64,000 nt of DNA, taken from the NCBI GenBank assembly GCA_964270895.1, contig OZ185439.1; one strand, written 5' to 3'. This document shows positions 52,250-64,000 of the stretch, in pieces. Source of the DNA: Podarcis filfolensis. Lineage: Eukaryota. Positions within the stretch are counted from its first letter, which is position 1; every line of letters begins with the position of its first letter. The position numbers and the translations under genes were made by a program. The notes below the pieces were generated by a model. The model did not search any database. It saw only the letters and a program-made list of their open reading frames with translations, and was not told the origin of the DNA.

Positions 52250-52994
52250 TTAAAAATGAATGTAGTCTTAGTGGGACCAAGGAATACTTTACTGTTGAGT
52301 AGTTTTATGGCGATTTAGAATAATATAAAACAAAGTTATAACATGCATAATCAAGATATAATATACGTATATATAATTTCTGTAACTCACTGCAGTCAGG
52401 TATAATTCATCTCTGTGACAGTTCCAGAAATAGTGCTCAAATCAAAGTAGAAGTGCCCTCTGGAATTTTCCCTCCTTCAGTCTTGAGGAAACAAGATTGT
52501 CACTCCATCTACTAATGAGTATTATTTAATACCTGCCTCAGTTTGCAAGAGGCATGGATGCATGTGTACATTTCAATATTACGGAAGGAAAAACTGCTTT
52601 GATTTTTAATGCCAGTGCACTGTCAGATTGTTAAAAGATCACCTCGTCCACGACTTACGCAACCAACTGCTGTGTTCTGCAGGAGGGGATCATGCAGATA
52701 CCACCCTAAATTAAAGCACTGAATAGCCTTTAGTAATTATTGAGATAATCATGGAATCCAGGTTAAAAGTAAACTGGGAGTAGTAACAAATCTGATTAAA
52801 ACAAGGATTCAGAATCCACAGCACTTGTATCTCAAGAGATGACCTAAATCAATGTACCACAAATTATGTATATCAGACTAGGAGTGTGGAAGGGGGTGTA
52901 TTATTGGAGAGAAGGGTATGGTTAATTTATTCTGATGCCTGTTTCTCAAGTATTTCCTTCAATTCAGACTGCTCACCTTTTTAGGCAGCTCCTG

Positions 52995-53000
52995 TTTATT
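52995..53000 (-). terminator. Candidate proximal poly(A) signal (AATAAA) of STN1
   Basis: First minus-strand AATAAA I found after the stop codon, about 275 nt downstream. Confidence 0.5.
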
Positions 53001-53274
53001 AGACTATAAGGTATGAATGCAAAGTTTGTTTTGTCTTCCATCCAGCCACAAGAGGGCATTCACAACATAACTGTTTAAAGAGGTCCCTGTGTTTAGTACC
53101 TGGAGTACCAGAGGCAGACTGAGCACTTCTGAAACATGGAGAGAAACTAAATGAATAGGAATTTGATGATACAGTATCTTCTAGGAATTCCAGCCAAGTT
53201 TTTGGCATTGAAGTATTCTTATGACTCATGCCCACTGTATACAGTTTGGCTCTAGAAGTCCACAGCATCTCGTC

Positions 53275-53432
53275 TTAAAAGACAGTATAGTATCCTTCCA
53301 TGGTAGTGACCACGTCACTGTTGGTCTCCATCCAGTCCAGTAGGCAATGGATCACATCTTTGGAAACAAAAGGGCTGTAGCGCTGCTGAATACAATTGAG
53401 GATGTAATTGAGATGGCAGCCCTTTTCAGCAT
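53275..53432 (-). CDS. STN1: STN1 terminal coding exon, winged helix 2: (Y)AEKGCHLNYILNCIQQRYSPFVSKDVIHCLLDWMETNSDVVTTMEGYYTVF*
   Basis: ctgtag|AT acceptor, 158 nt ending in TAA. The C-terminus matches human EKGCHFLHIL...SDIVSTMEHYYTAF*. Confidence 0.95.
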
Positions 53433-54090
53433 CTACAGATGTAAAGCAGAAGTGAAATGATAAATGGGTGGGCAATTGTTCTATTATTCATACAGATGGG
53501 AGACTGGATTTCAGTAGCAAGAGTGAAGCTGCCCCCATGGGCAGGTGGCAGACTTTGGATAAAAGCTTTGAGATAACCTGTCCAGGTGCTGGCTCAGAAA
53601 CACACCACCACCATTGCCAATGCCATATTTCTTTCTGCAGGTGCGATACCTGAAGGTATTTCCACAAAACTGGCAGATCGTTTCCAAAAGGTTCACTATG
53701 CTGAATGAGAACTGGCATGAACCAAAAGCATGAATCTTATTTCATTACAGAAACCAGGAAGGGGGATTAGAACATTACAAGTTATCCGTTCTGTGCTGGA
53801 ACCAACAGTAGTCAGTTCCACTTTCCTGTGGCAGTTATTTTGCAAATACATATCTAACTGGGTACATTTCAGAATAGTTAGAATGGGATGGTGGTAGTGA
53901 TGAGAGACCCTTAATTATTCTAGCTGGATTGATCTCCTTTAGTACTTCTTTGTTCAGGTTTCTTCCCATAAGGGAATACAGGGTTTGTGAGAGCACGCTT
54001 GAATTCTCTAGTGTGGGAAGGCTTTCTCCTTGTCCTTGTATTGTACTGGTATGCTGCTAGCCTTTGGGCCCCAAAGTGCCCAAACTGCGG

Positions 54091-54113
54091 TAGTAATAGT
54101 AATAGTAATAGTA

Positions 54114-54163
<50 letters not shown>
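54091..54163. repeat. Compound (TAGTAA)5(TAA)14 microsatellite in the last STN1 intron
   Basis: Read directly from the sequence. Confidence 0.97.
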
Positions 54164-54256
54164 TTGTTGTTATTAAATTAAGTTCTCTTACTCAAATACA
54201 ATTATTCCTTACTTGTACAGGCCTGTGTTTGTGGCTATCTAACTGTTCATACTTAC

Positions 54257-54329
54257 ATTTTGGCCTCTTACAATCAGCTCCGAGGACTTCAAGGGTCACT
54301 TTGTGCAATTCTTTATCTTGCTCAGTCAC
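54257..54329 (-). CDS. STN1: STN1 coding exon: VTEQDKELHKVTLEVLGADCKRPK
   Basis: ctctag|GTG acceptor and T|gtaagt donor, 73 nt. Similar to human VTREDKDLHRKIHRIIQQDCQKPN. Not in the ORF track. Confidence 0.93.
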
Positions 54330-54719
54330 CTAGAGGATGCAGGAGTGACTCTTAAAATCAAAGCAATGTACATTTATGTATCAAAGATGAGAGCCTGGCC
54401 TACAATTAGAGACCACTGCATTTTCATAACAGAAAGAAACATTTCAGGGCCATTGGATAGTCTGTGAGTGGGAGGCACCTAACCAGCCCTGTCAGTGGAA
54501 GCTCTGTGCAAGAACTTCCACTTATACAAGAGGGCTCCCCCTGAAACTGGCTTGGGGGGGGGGTGTCAGGAAAACCCACAGAACAGCACACAGTGGGAGG
54601 GGGGTTCTGTTCAGCTAGAATGTTTGTATATGTGGAATGATTGGAAGAGCACAACATTGAATTCCACCCTGTGTCTGGATTTAATCTCAGCTTCCAGAAA
54701 ACACATGGGAAAAGCACTG

Positions 54720-54842
54720 CTGAACTCAGGTCCTGATTGTGTGCTTCCCATAAGCATCTGGTTGGCCACTATGAGAACAGGATGCTGGACCAGATGGACC
54801 TTTGGCCTGATCCAGCAGGGCTCTTCTTATATTCTTATGTAA
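54720..54842 (+). mobile_element. CR1 3' UTR fragment in STN1 intron
   Basis: CTGGTTGGCCACTATGAGAACAGGATGCTGGACCAGATGGACC...CTTCTTATATTCTTATG. Confidence 0.75.
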
Positions 54843-55293
54843 ATAAGCATTCCGCCTGCATCTGACCATCATAAAACACCTATCACTGGCCCATTTGAAG
54901 TGGTGGCTGATGCCCATTGGAACTGGTAAGGTAGTATACAGGAAGGTCAACAGTGAGCAGATCTAGAGCCAATGACAGGCAGATCCAATCAATTATAGAT
55001 TTGTCCTCATCCTTTTCCGTGAGTTCTATAAAGACAACTCTGAGACTAAAAAAGTCAGAAAGGTGACAGACAGCAGCATCCTCAGACTGGATGTCAAAGT
55101 AAGAAGGCTGACAGGGGGGTCTGGCTGAGGGGACACCGAGTTTGGTGGGGCAGTGCCCCATTTGCCATAACAGACCAGCCCATTTCTATGTAGAGTTAAG
55201 CATGCTAGTGGCATGCTTCACATATTAAGCTTATATAAATGTGACAGGACATGCTTTACCTACAGACCACCACTCATATAAAGAGATACTTAC

Positions 55294-55416
55294 AAAATAC
55301 ATATCTGTGGGATTTTTTGATTTCTGGAAAAGAACTCCCTTTTTTTGCAACACCTTTATTGCTTCCGTGAAGGAGTCTCTAATCAGTTTGGAGCAGGGAC
55401 CAGCTTTGGAATCTGT
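55294..55416 (-). CDS. STN1: STN1 coding exon: TDSKAGPCSKLIRDSFTEAIKVLQKKGVLFQKSKNPTDMYF
   Basis: ttcag|ACA acceptor and TTT|gtaagt donor, 123 nt, phase 0/0. Similar to human SKAIHSIFKNAIQLLQEKGLVFQK. Confidence 0.93.
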
Positions 55417-58400
55417 CTGAACAGGAAAAAGACAAAAAAGAGGGGCATATTTGGATAAAGAGGGAAGGAGAAGCATGGAAGTCAAATGCACTTTTAGGTT
55501 ATTTGGGTCTGCACAAGGAATAAAAGAGAAGTCCTTTCCTTCAAACAGCAGCAGAAAACTGTTGAGATTAAGATGGCTGAAACAAACCTTACTCTCAGCT
55601 ACTGAAAGGAGCTGCTGCCAAAGTAATTACCTCATGACACACCGATCCATTTTTAATAAGAAAAGGGAAATGAACTAAAGGATCTGCAAGTGGAAGGAGC
55701 AGAGTCTGATAATTACTTGCTTTGGTCTAGAGCATCAATCCTGTCTGAAGATAAGGCCTAATTAAGAACACACTCTGCGTGAGCTGACAGAAGGCTCAGC
55801 TTGGATAGCTCCTGAAAGAGAATTGCTAATGGCAAACTTCTTAAAACTGACAGAAAAAGCAGAAGAAATGGATGTCAGCTTGAAAAGTACAAGCAATGAG
55901 CTACCAAAGAAAACCTATGTTTTATTAACCTTACTCCTTGCCTTACAGGCAGCACTGGCACTCCTGTGCTTGCTTGCACCTCAGCCCAAAGCACTATGAT
56001 TTGGATGACTATAGATTAAGTTTTCTTATTTTGTTAAGTCTACCAATATGTTGAGTTTGGAGTATCCTGCTTCAGATATGGGGAGGGGGTGCCTCTGGAC
56101 TCCAAATATATCTTACATAAAGGGAGTCTGTCCTCCTTTATGTTTACTTGCAATTAACTAAAGATCTCAGAATAGTCTATATCCCTTCCATCCCTCTTTG
56201 TTATATGCAGTGATCTACAAAGAGATCTGATCAGGGGAAAAGCATCAGGAAGTAAACCTGCAGCAAGGATGGGTGTAGGAAATTCAGATAGGTCATATAC
56301 AAAAGAAATTGTAAAACAAAGGAAGCCTATCTATGGCCATAGAGGTGTTTTCTGTTTCATTTTTTCCCATCTTTAAAGTGCACCTCTATTGTACTCTGCA
56401 TAAAATCCAGGAAGATACTTTGGACCAAACTATAGTGCATGATGAGTTTACTTGCTGGGAAGACCAAATTTTGCAACATACCTCCTCCCCCTCCCTAGCT
56501 GCAGGAGTCCAACTTGTTTCCTCTAATACTGTATTTTGCTTTAGAGGCACAGGGATGGCTTGTGAACCTTTGCCATTTCCTACCTTGTACAGAAGCATCT
56601 GCTGCTGCTCTAAATTCTTTTCAGCACAGATTGTTCACAGATCCTATCTTTTGCTCTTCACATCGTTTGTGGGCTGTGGCTTTTGATCAGGGATCATTGA
56701 AATTCTTAACCATAAATGTTCATAAGGCCAATAAATGTAATGCACACATTAAGTGCCACTGGGTTCCATCATGAGGGAAAACCTGATGCATGTGTTACAT
56801 AAACTTTATTACCAACAGTCTCCAGTCACTCCTCCTCAGATTCTCCAAAGCTCTACTACCTTTACCACTGCTCTTTCCCTTCCCTAGAATGGTCCAGGAT
56901 CTTTGGAGACCCATTTCTCTTCAGTGCAATTTGCTTTATGACACCACATCAATTCCCCTCTGGTGCAACTAAGTGCCAGAATGCAGAGCTGAAAGCTCAG
57001 ATGTGCATTGCTAATCTTCAAAATTAATGTTGATGAGCATGGAAACTCCTGAGCAATCAGCCTGTAAGAGAAATACCAGTTTATTCCCCTGTTTGTTGAC
57101 AAGCACTTCTAATTCTTTCTATGAACAGGATTCTGCAGCTTCTCCAAGCAACTCAATACAATGCCCATCTGCTTGCTTAGCAAGGAAGTTTCTCTATTCT
57201 ATTCTAAAGCCTGCTTTCCTGTGATTTAAAGCTCACTTCCTCATCTGTGGCAGTACAGAATAATTGCTTTTCTAAACATTTGAAGATTGCATTTAAGATT
57301 ACAGTTAAGCCAAACCTTCACTTCATTCATCTTTTCTTGAGAATAAAATGACTCAGGCTTATTCAATGGTTTTTCCTTTTTTTAAAAATCAAACAAACAA
57401 ACCAAAACCTACTCTGACCTCTGAATTTTTAATTCATTTCTTAAAAGGTGGCTAATTAAAAATAGTTACAGAATTCCAAATGTGTCTTAACCAGAGAGAA
57501 TGCCATGTTAACAAAACACAAAACAAATACCCTCCTTGCCTATGAAGTGGGTCAACACAATAGGTTTCACAAAATATTTACAAAATATTTTGGTCAAATC
57601 ATTTTGATATGTGTGTTGTAAATCTGAGAAATTGTGCAGCAAATCATTAGTTGGTTAAGTGTGCTTAGCTTTGAAGCTGGGTACTGCTGGGACATACTGG
57701 AAAGTGCCAGGAGTTGTGAAGCATTTCTTCCTGCCCCCACCCCCCATAAATCTGCTTTAATGTGAGTTAGTGCTAGCATGCAAGAGTGCATGCTGTCTCC
57801 CAGCTGATACTATATAAAGAAAGTAGACATGCAAAAAATAGGGATAATTCTGCTGTATTAGTGTGACTCCAGTCTGCTGGATTTGAAACTCAACAGGAGT
57901 CCAGCTTAGTCTATTTCAGGTACATGAAGCTTATCTAAGGAGTAACAAAGAGGCTGAAAGAGGTAGACTATCAGCAACAAATTCAGTTCAGAGGATGAAA
58001 GAGATCAAGGCAAAGACAGAAGTTCTGCCTCTACATGAACTGAACTTAAAGTTTTTAGAGGACAGAAACAGACCAATTCCAGAAACTCAAAGAAGAAACT
58101 ATGTAGACTATTACCTGACCTAATGATTATCAGAATTTAAAGTTTTCATTTGGTCCTTCCTCTGTAGCCTTATTCTATTCACTAGCAATGTGTTGTACCA
58201 CTTTATGCCTCTTGACAAACGTAGAGGGGGAAATATGTTAATCTGGCAATCTAATAGTGTGATTCTATGCTTGTTTACTCAGAAGCATGTACAGTACTCT
58301 GTAGTTAAATTTCAAAAAAATCAAGATAAGTGCATATATACTGGAACACAGGTTAAAATGTATTTTGTTTGAGACGGTCCCCAACTTAAGGCTTGGGGTA

Positions 58401-60402
58401 ATTCAGGGTCCCATTGACAAAAGAAAAATAGTAATAAAAAATGTAATGACTGTAAAAATATCTGAGCACAGGATAACGGGCAAAAGCATGAAAAGACTTC
58501 ATGCTAAGTGTGTGTCCATGTGGTCTTTGAAATGACAAACATAATAGGGAATACATAAAGTGAAAGGTCAAAATTACAGATTTGAAAAGGTCAAAATTAC
58601 AGATGATAAAGTCAGAAGATATGCTGCAGCTAGCAATTTGATACCCAGTAGAATGGAAATACATAACAGAACTCTGCAGAATGCCACTGCTGCTCATCTC
58701 AGGAAATTGCACATAGAATATGATAAGAAAGTGGTTATGCACTTCTATTCAGGAAATGACAGAACTAAAAAAGACATACACTTCAGGAAATGACAGAACT
58801 GAAAACGTCTTCAAGCTGGAGCTATTTTTTCCAAGCATCCAAGCCTGCAGCATCCCAGGGGGTGCAGATAAATATTTCTGAATACACTGAAGTTCTGTCC
58901 TGTAGATAAGAAGTACACAACCACTATGTTGAAGACAAACATAAAATGAAGGTAAATGTTCACAAATTGGTATGGATTTGGAGGGTAGAGACATAGATTA
59001 TTACTAACTCTGTTATGATTACTTCATATACTGAGTTGGGGGAAGTCGAAGGGGACTGGATGCAGCTGAAGCAATGGAATTGCCTTGTGTGACCATAGTA
59101 ACCCAGAGCCTACTGAGCAGAATAATTTGGAATAGCCTTCAGCTTTTACCAGAATTGCTTATTATGGCAGCTGGCTTGAGAAGCCAATTCTTTCTCTGCT
59201 GTTTGGCACTTTTTGTATTATATTCCTTTGCCACAGACCAGCAGGGTTCTTGTTCAAATCCAGGCCTATTGCTTTATTAAAATTCAATGACAAGCGTTAC
59301 TTTTATGAAAACAGGTGGTTGCCAGGAAGCAACCACCAGGAAGGAGGCCACAGAACCCACTATGAATGGGAGGTAGGTTTGTTGTTACTGTACAGTTTTG
59401 GAAGGATTAAGATATCCTCCTATAGTGCTGGGAATTTAAAGCACATCCTTAACTAAATACATAGCTAAACACAAAAGGGAAGCTAGGGGGGGAAATCAGC
59501 TCAATTTCCATTGTACTGAAAGTGGGGGGGGGGGAGGCAAAGGCTGAAGTTAAAGAGAGACAGATTTCCATACTGACATTCAGTTTTAATTGTAATGCTA
59601 AAGAAAGGATTTTAAAATTATATATATTCAGCCCAGATTCTCAGCTAATGTAGCTATACAGAACTTTATAAGCACTGAAGTTATGCAAATTTGCACCAGG
59701 TGGGCATCTGGCTCATTACCCTATTCTCTGCATGCTAAGAATCTTTTATAAACAAATTCCTATTTAACCAGAAGCACAGAGACAGACAGAAATGTTTTGC
59801 TATTGAAAAACAGTCCAAATCTCAAACAAGCACTTGCTTTATGTATAACTCTGATTCCAATTAGAGTTTGGGACTTGGAATCTCCTAAAAAAAACCCAGA
59901 CCCAGTTTGCTCTGAACAGGCTGAAATGTCTAACAAGTAGAAAGTGTAATACATAGCAGATGTCAGCATACTCTTTATAATTTTCTACAGAAGGGCCAAC
60001 CTTTTTAATATGTTGGGCCTCATTTATCTTACCCTTGATTAAGTTCAGAACCATCCAGTCCTGTCACTCAACTGATCCATTATCTTCAAGAGACCTCCCA
60101 AGCTCCATTATAGCTACCTACACAGTTATGAAAGTAGTAAGTTAATAGCAGTGGCAAGTCTCAAACTTTAGTTTGCTTTATAGCTTTTTCGTTTTGATCT
60201 GTCTTTTATTACCATCAAAAACAGTACACAAACTAACATACTATTAGGCTACCATGCCATTAACTGCAGGAGGTTTTGTTTTCTCAAAGTAGCAGCTATT
60301 ACACAGTCCAGTGTTTAGTTTAATATTATCATTAAATATTCTTGATTGACCTAAGCTACCCCACAAATGCAGTCAGCTCCCTACAAAGCCACCTTTACTC
60401 AC

Positions 60403-60565
60403 CTGCTCAGCAGTTCTTGGTCCATCCTCCTTGACCAGGGATACTAAAGCCTCCACAGTTTCCAACTCCTGCTGATAGAAACTCTGGATCTTGTTCTTCA
60501 ATAGGAAGTCTCTTATTTTTTTGCTCAGTTCAGTGATGGAGCCCAACATGTACTCTGCACCTTGG
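60403..60565 (-). CDS. STN1: STN1 coding exon, winged helix 1: (S)QGAEYMLGSITELSKKIRDFLLKNKIQSFYQQELETVEALVSLVKEDGPRTAEQ
   Basis: gatag|C acceptor and CAG|gtgagt donor, 163 nt. QSFYQQELE is identical to human STN1. Confidence 0.95.
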
Positions 60566-61284
60566 CTATCAGCAGAAAATAAATTTAAAATGGAGAGCGA
60601 AAATATTAACCAAATTAAAAGGCCTCCTACAACTAGATACTTAACTAGTTTAAATGGCACTCAACTAAATCTTCAGCAGTGCTGAACACACTGTCACTAT
60701 AAGATCAAGCCTACAATAACCCAGACTTATGAGCTGGTTTAGGAGAAATTTCACAGAAATCAGAAATGTAACCGGCTTCTATGATCCACACAAAGCTTTA
60801 CGATCTGGATGACATGTGTGCATGATCACTGTGCAAGTGTTTGGAGTGGCGTTTGCACTAGATCTTACTGTGTGGCATCTATCCTGTGCTGTGGTGTGAC
60901 ACTAGGGTTACTACAGCAATCTCTCCACTTGCGTGCGATTAGTACGGGCACTCCTGCTAATGCACACACTGACAACAGAGCTGAAAGTGGGCAGGGACAG
61001 AATGGTGCAAGCCCCACTTGTGCGCATCCCAGTGACGCACATGGCAGCTTAGAATGGAATCCCCACATAAGTGGGGGATTCTTCCATACATGAATCTGGC
61101 TGTCTCATTCTATGGCTCTACCTATTCTAGACGTATCATCCTTCCGTCTTCTTTTTGTTCCTGCCTTTGAACTTGCCCCACCATACAAATTCAGTTTTCA
61201 TAGAAAACCAGTAACTCTATTTTATATCCTACTCTTGATGCACTCCTGAACCACCAGCATCTCCTATCTAGAGCTCTCACTGAC

Positions 61285-61396
61285 CTTTGTGCCTCTTCTT
61301 GCAACTGGAATGGCTGATCATAAATATCTCTGTATAGATGGGGGAGTTCCAGCATCCTTGAAATCAGAACTTCACACATAGGGTCATCAACTTTAT
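61285..61396 (-). CDS. STN1: STN1 coding exon: (Y)KVDDPMCEVLISRMLELPHLYRDIYDQPFQLQEEAQ
   Basis: ttcag|AT acceptor and AG|gtcagt donor, 112 nt. Matches human [29 protein letters not shown]; phases chain with both neighbours. Confidence 0.95.
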
Positions 61397-61524
61397 CTGA
61401 AAAGAAATAAGGAAGGCACAAAAAAGGCAAACAGATTCAAACTTGAGCCGCTAGTTGCATTTCATTTATTTATTAGTTATTTACAGCTCACCTTCCAAGA
61501 TAATGGTTGTTTTATCTGATGTTA

Positions 61525-61820
61525 ATAATAATAATTTATTTCTTGTATCCATCCCATCTGCCTGGATTTCCCCAGTCACTCTGGGTGGCTTCCAACAAAA
61601 TATAAAGGAACACAACAAAACATTAAACATCACTTGCCTTCAGATGTCTATGAAAAGCCATATGATTGTTTATCTCTCTGACATCTGACGGGAGGGTGTT
61701 CCACAAGGCAGGGGCAACTACTGAGAAGGCTGTCGGCCTGGTTCCCTGTAACTGCACTTCTCACAGTGAGGGGAACTGCCAGAAGACCCTTGGAGCTGGA
61801 TCTCAGTTTCCAGGCTGAGT
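61525..61820 (-). mobile_element. L2-type LINE 3' end in STN1 intron
   Basis: Similar to 12360-12578; short (ATT)n-type tail at the left end. Confidence 0.7.
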
Positions 61821-62199
61821 AAATCTCAGATTATTCACAACTCCTGAGTATCAGATCTACTGTATATCGTATTTGGAATTTAGCAAGTTTGTCGTTCTAT
61901 AGAAGGACAGGGAGAGGCCACACTACTTCTGCATTTGAGTGTCTGAAACTAGGTTTGGAGGATGGCTTTTAGCAAGCTGAGAAGCCCAGCTTAAAAAAAA
62001 CACAACATCCATATGCTGCACAGAGTCATACACAACAGCTCTCAACAAGGGGTATGAATCAGAGACACAAAGTGGCCTTGATGCAACAGGAAAAAAGCCT
62101 GGGCGCAGCTTAAATAAACTGTAAGTCACACAGGTTACAATTATGGGAACTTTAAAGGTCAGGATAAAAATGCATACTGCTGAATGAGTAACTACTCAC

Positions 62200-62370
62200 A
62201 GTACATGGAGGCCTTGATTTCTCGCTGCTGTCTGAAGATCTGAATGCAACCACGGACTCTGATAGTATCACCAATTTCCAGTCTTGTTTTTTGGCGAACT
62301 GCTACTTCGAGCTTTCTTATTTGTTCAGCTAGATCCAGGCCACTTGAGGTACTAGGATGAGGTCTAAAAT
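62200..62370 (-). CDS. STN1: STN1 coding exon, OB-fold C-terminal part: (D)FRPHPSTSSGLDLAEQIRKLEVAVRQKTRLEIGDTIRVRGCIQIFRQQREIKASMY
   Basis: ccacag|AT acceptor and T|gtgagt donor, 171 nt. The EIGDTIRVRG motif matches STN1/OBFC1 (human KIEIGDTIRVRGSIRTYREEREIHA). Confidence 0.95.
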
Positions 62371-64000
62371 CTGTGGGGAAAGAAACATTCACTACATTTG
62401 GAATGGAAAAGCAAAGTAGATTTTCCCAAATATCATGACTGATGTCATCCAATATACCATGTATGTTAAAAGACCACTTCATAGGCAGTATTACAGCTGC
62501 CAACACACACTGTCTTCTCCCCTTAGAAACTGCCATCCTCCAAAAAATTAGTTGTGTAGATATAACATTAAACAGCACAATTAATGGAAGAAAACACAGA
62601 GTTGGAGAGATGGGAAAAAATAAAAGGAGACACTGAAATTCTGCTTGACCAGCCTTCCCAAACCTGGTGCCCTCTAAATGTTGTTGGGGCTACAACTTCA
62701 ATGATTCCTTAATTCTGGCCATGCTGACTGGGGCTGATGGGAGTTGTAGTCCAACAATACCTGGAAGGCACCAGGCTGGGGAAAGCTCCTCTTGACTAAG
62801 ACTGTGACTCAACAGAATGAGACATGATTAATATATATATTCATTATTCAAATATAAGTAGAAAGCAGTATTTTTGTCAGACTTGCTTCCTGAAATGTTA
62901 ACCTCTTTTAAAAGTACAAATGTGTGTTAAGTTTGCTGTGATGGTGTGTTCCAAAACTTGGAGTATTTCTACCAAATGCATGTATGTAATATGAATAATA
63001 AGTGTTTAATATAGCTGGCAGTATTTTCAAATCTATCTTGTTCACTACAGCTGACTGATGAATGCAGGAAATGTTCCTTTTAATTTTACTAGCTGTAATA
63101 ATGTACCTCCTTCCTCACAGAAAAACCATGTATATTTAATATCCAATACTGTCCTTAAACATTAAATGCACCTGATGAATATAACTTTGCTCATGCCACA
63201 AAACACTTAATAATTTTTAAAGTGCCATCAGACTGTGGCTTAGCCTACAACAGATAAACAGTGCTAATCTTCTGAAGTTCAAAATTGAATAAAAAGTAAA
63301 CCCAAGTTCAAAATAAAAAGCAAACCTCACCAGCAAACCTCACTCTTAATAAAAAGGAAACTTAATATCATTAGAAGTAAAACAAAAGCTGCCTCTTTGA
63401 GCCTGCCAAGATACAAATGCACTTTGACAGAACTTCAAGTTTATTGGCTCACCAATAAGTTTTTGATCCAGGGCAGCATAAACTTTAATTGCAGCCATCT
63501 GGAAAAGTTGTCTGCTGTGAACAAATTCTCAGAAAAAAGCAGGCTACTAAATATTCTGTGTTCCTTTTCAGGACTTGAATTCTTCTTATAGTTTAGAGCT
63601 AAGCCAATACAGAAAAGACTTCTTCATTAAATATTATCAGTTTTTCCTGGCATAACTGAGTAGCTTTTTCCAGACAGATAGCCATGTTCAACTGTGACAT
63701 CAAACACAATAAGAGTCTTGTGGCACCTTAAAAATTATTTAATTATGCCATAATGAGCTTGTCTGTCTTTAAGATGTGTCAAGAATTGAGCAGAGCTTCA
63801 GGTTTCAGGGTTCTTAGCTATCATCTGGATTTAGTGTTGACAATCTGACCTCAACTATATTATTAATAAAGCTTTTCTCCAGCTACTTTCAGAGAATCAA
63901 TAGACCACAAAAGGCCTGGAACATTTATTTAACATTATTCTCTGCACCCTGAAAGCAATATACTACTGCCTATTTTTAATTATGCAGTAGTAATGACTGT

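Noticed and set aside
62371-62578. N-terminal part of the 128-aa ORF 62192-62578
   Set aside because: It lies upstream of a strong polypyrimidine/CAG acceptor at 62371 and has no STN1 similarity; it is intronic.
63630-63691. Minus-strand VWKKL resembling human STN1 CWKKL of the preceding exon
   Set aside because: An in-frame TGA follows the candidate acceptor and the DDSTGVINC motif is absent; the true exon is probably beyond the right edge.
1-64000. Apparent abundance of AP-1 heptamers (about 13 seen)
   Set aside because: A rough composition-based expectation is about 8 for 64 kb, so this is not a convincing enrichment; only local clusters were kept.

Overview
This is eukaryotic (vertebrate) genomic DNA, most likely from a squamate and probably a lacertid lizard, inferred from the Sauria SINE, BovB and squamate MITE content. 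It holds parts of two head-to-tail minus-strand genes. (1) The 3' six coding exons of STN1/OBFC1, the CST telomere complex subunit (62370 down to the stop at 53275). (2) The CpG-island promoter and coding exons 1-2 of SH3PXD2A/TKS5 (ATG at 42730; PX-domain exon 2 at 12034-11954); exon 3 onward lies off the left edge. The rest is intronic or intergenic DNA rich in transposable elements: eight copies of a Tc1/mariner-type MITE, three Sauria SINEs, two BovB 3' fragments, CR1/L2 remnants, hAT MITEs and microsatellites. I saw no CRISPR array, tRNA/rRNA gene or prokaryotic system, and nearly all ORFs in the supplied track are non-coding by-products. The most unusual structures are a composite MITE that brackets a 268-bp copy of nearby intron DNA, an internally inverted Sauria SINE between 69-bp direct repeats, and a 1.2-kb stretch upstream of the SH3PXD2A start codon with no sense-strand ATG. 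I found no convincing novel protein-coding system.
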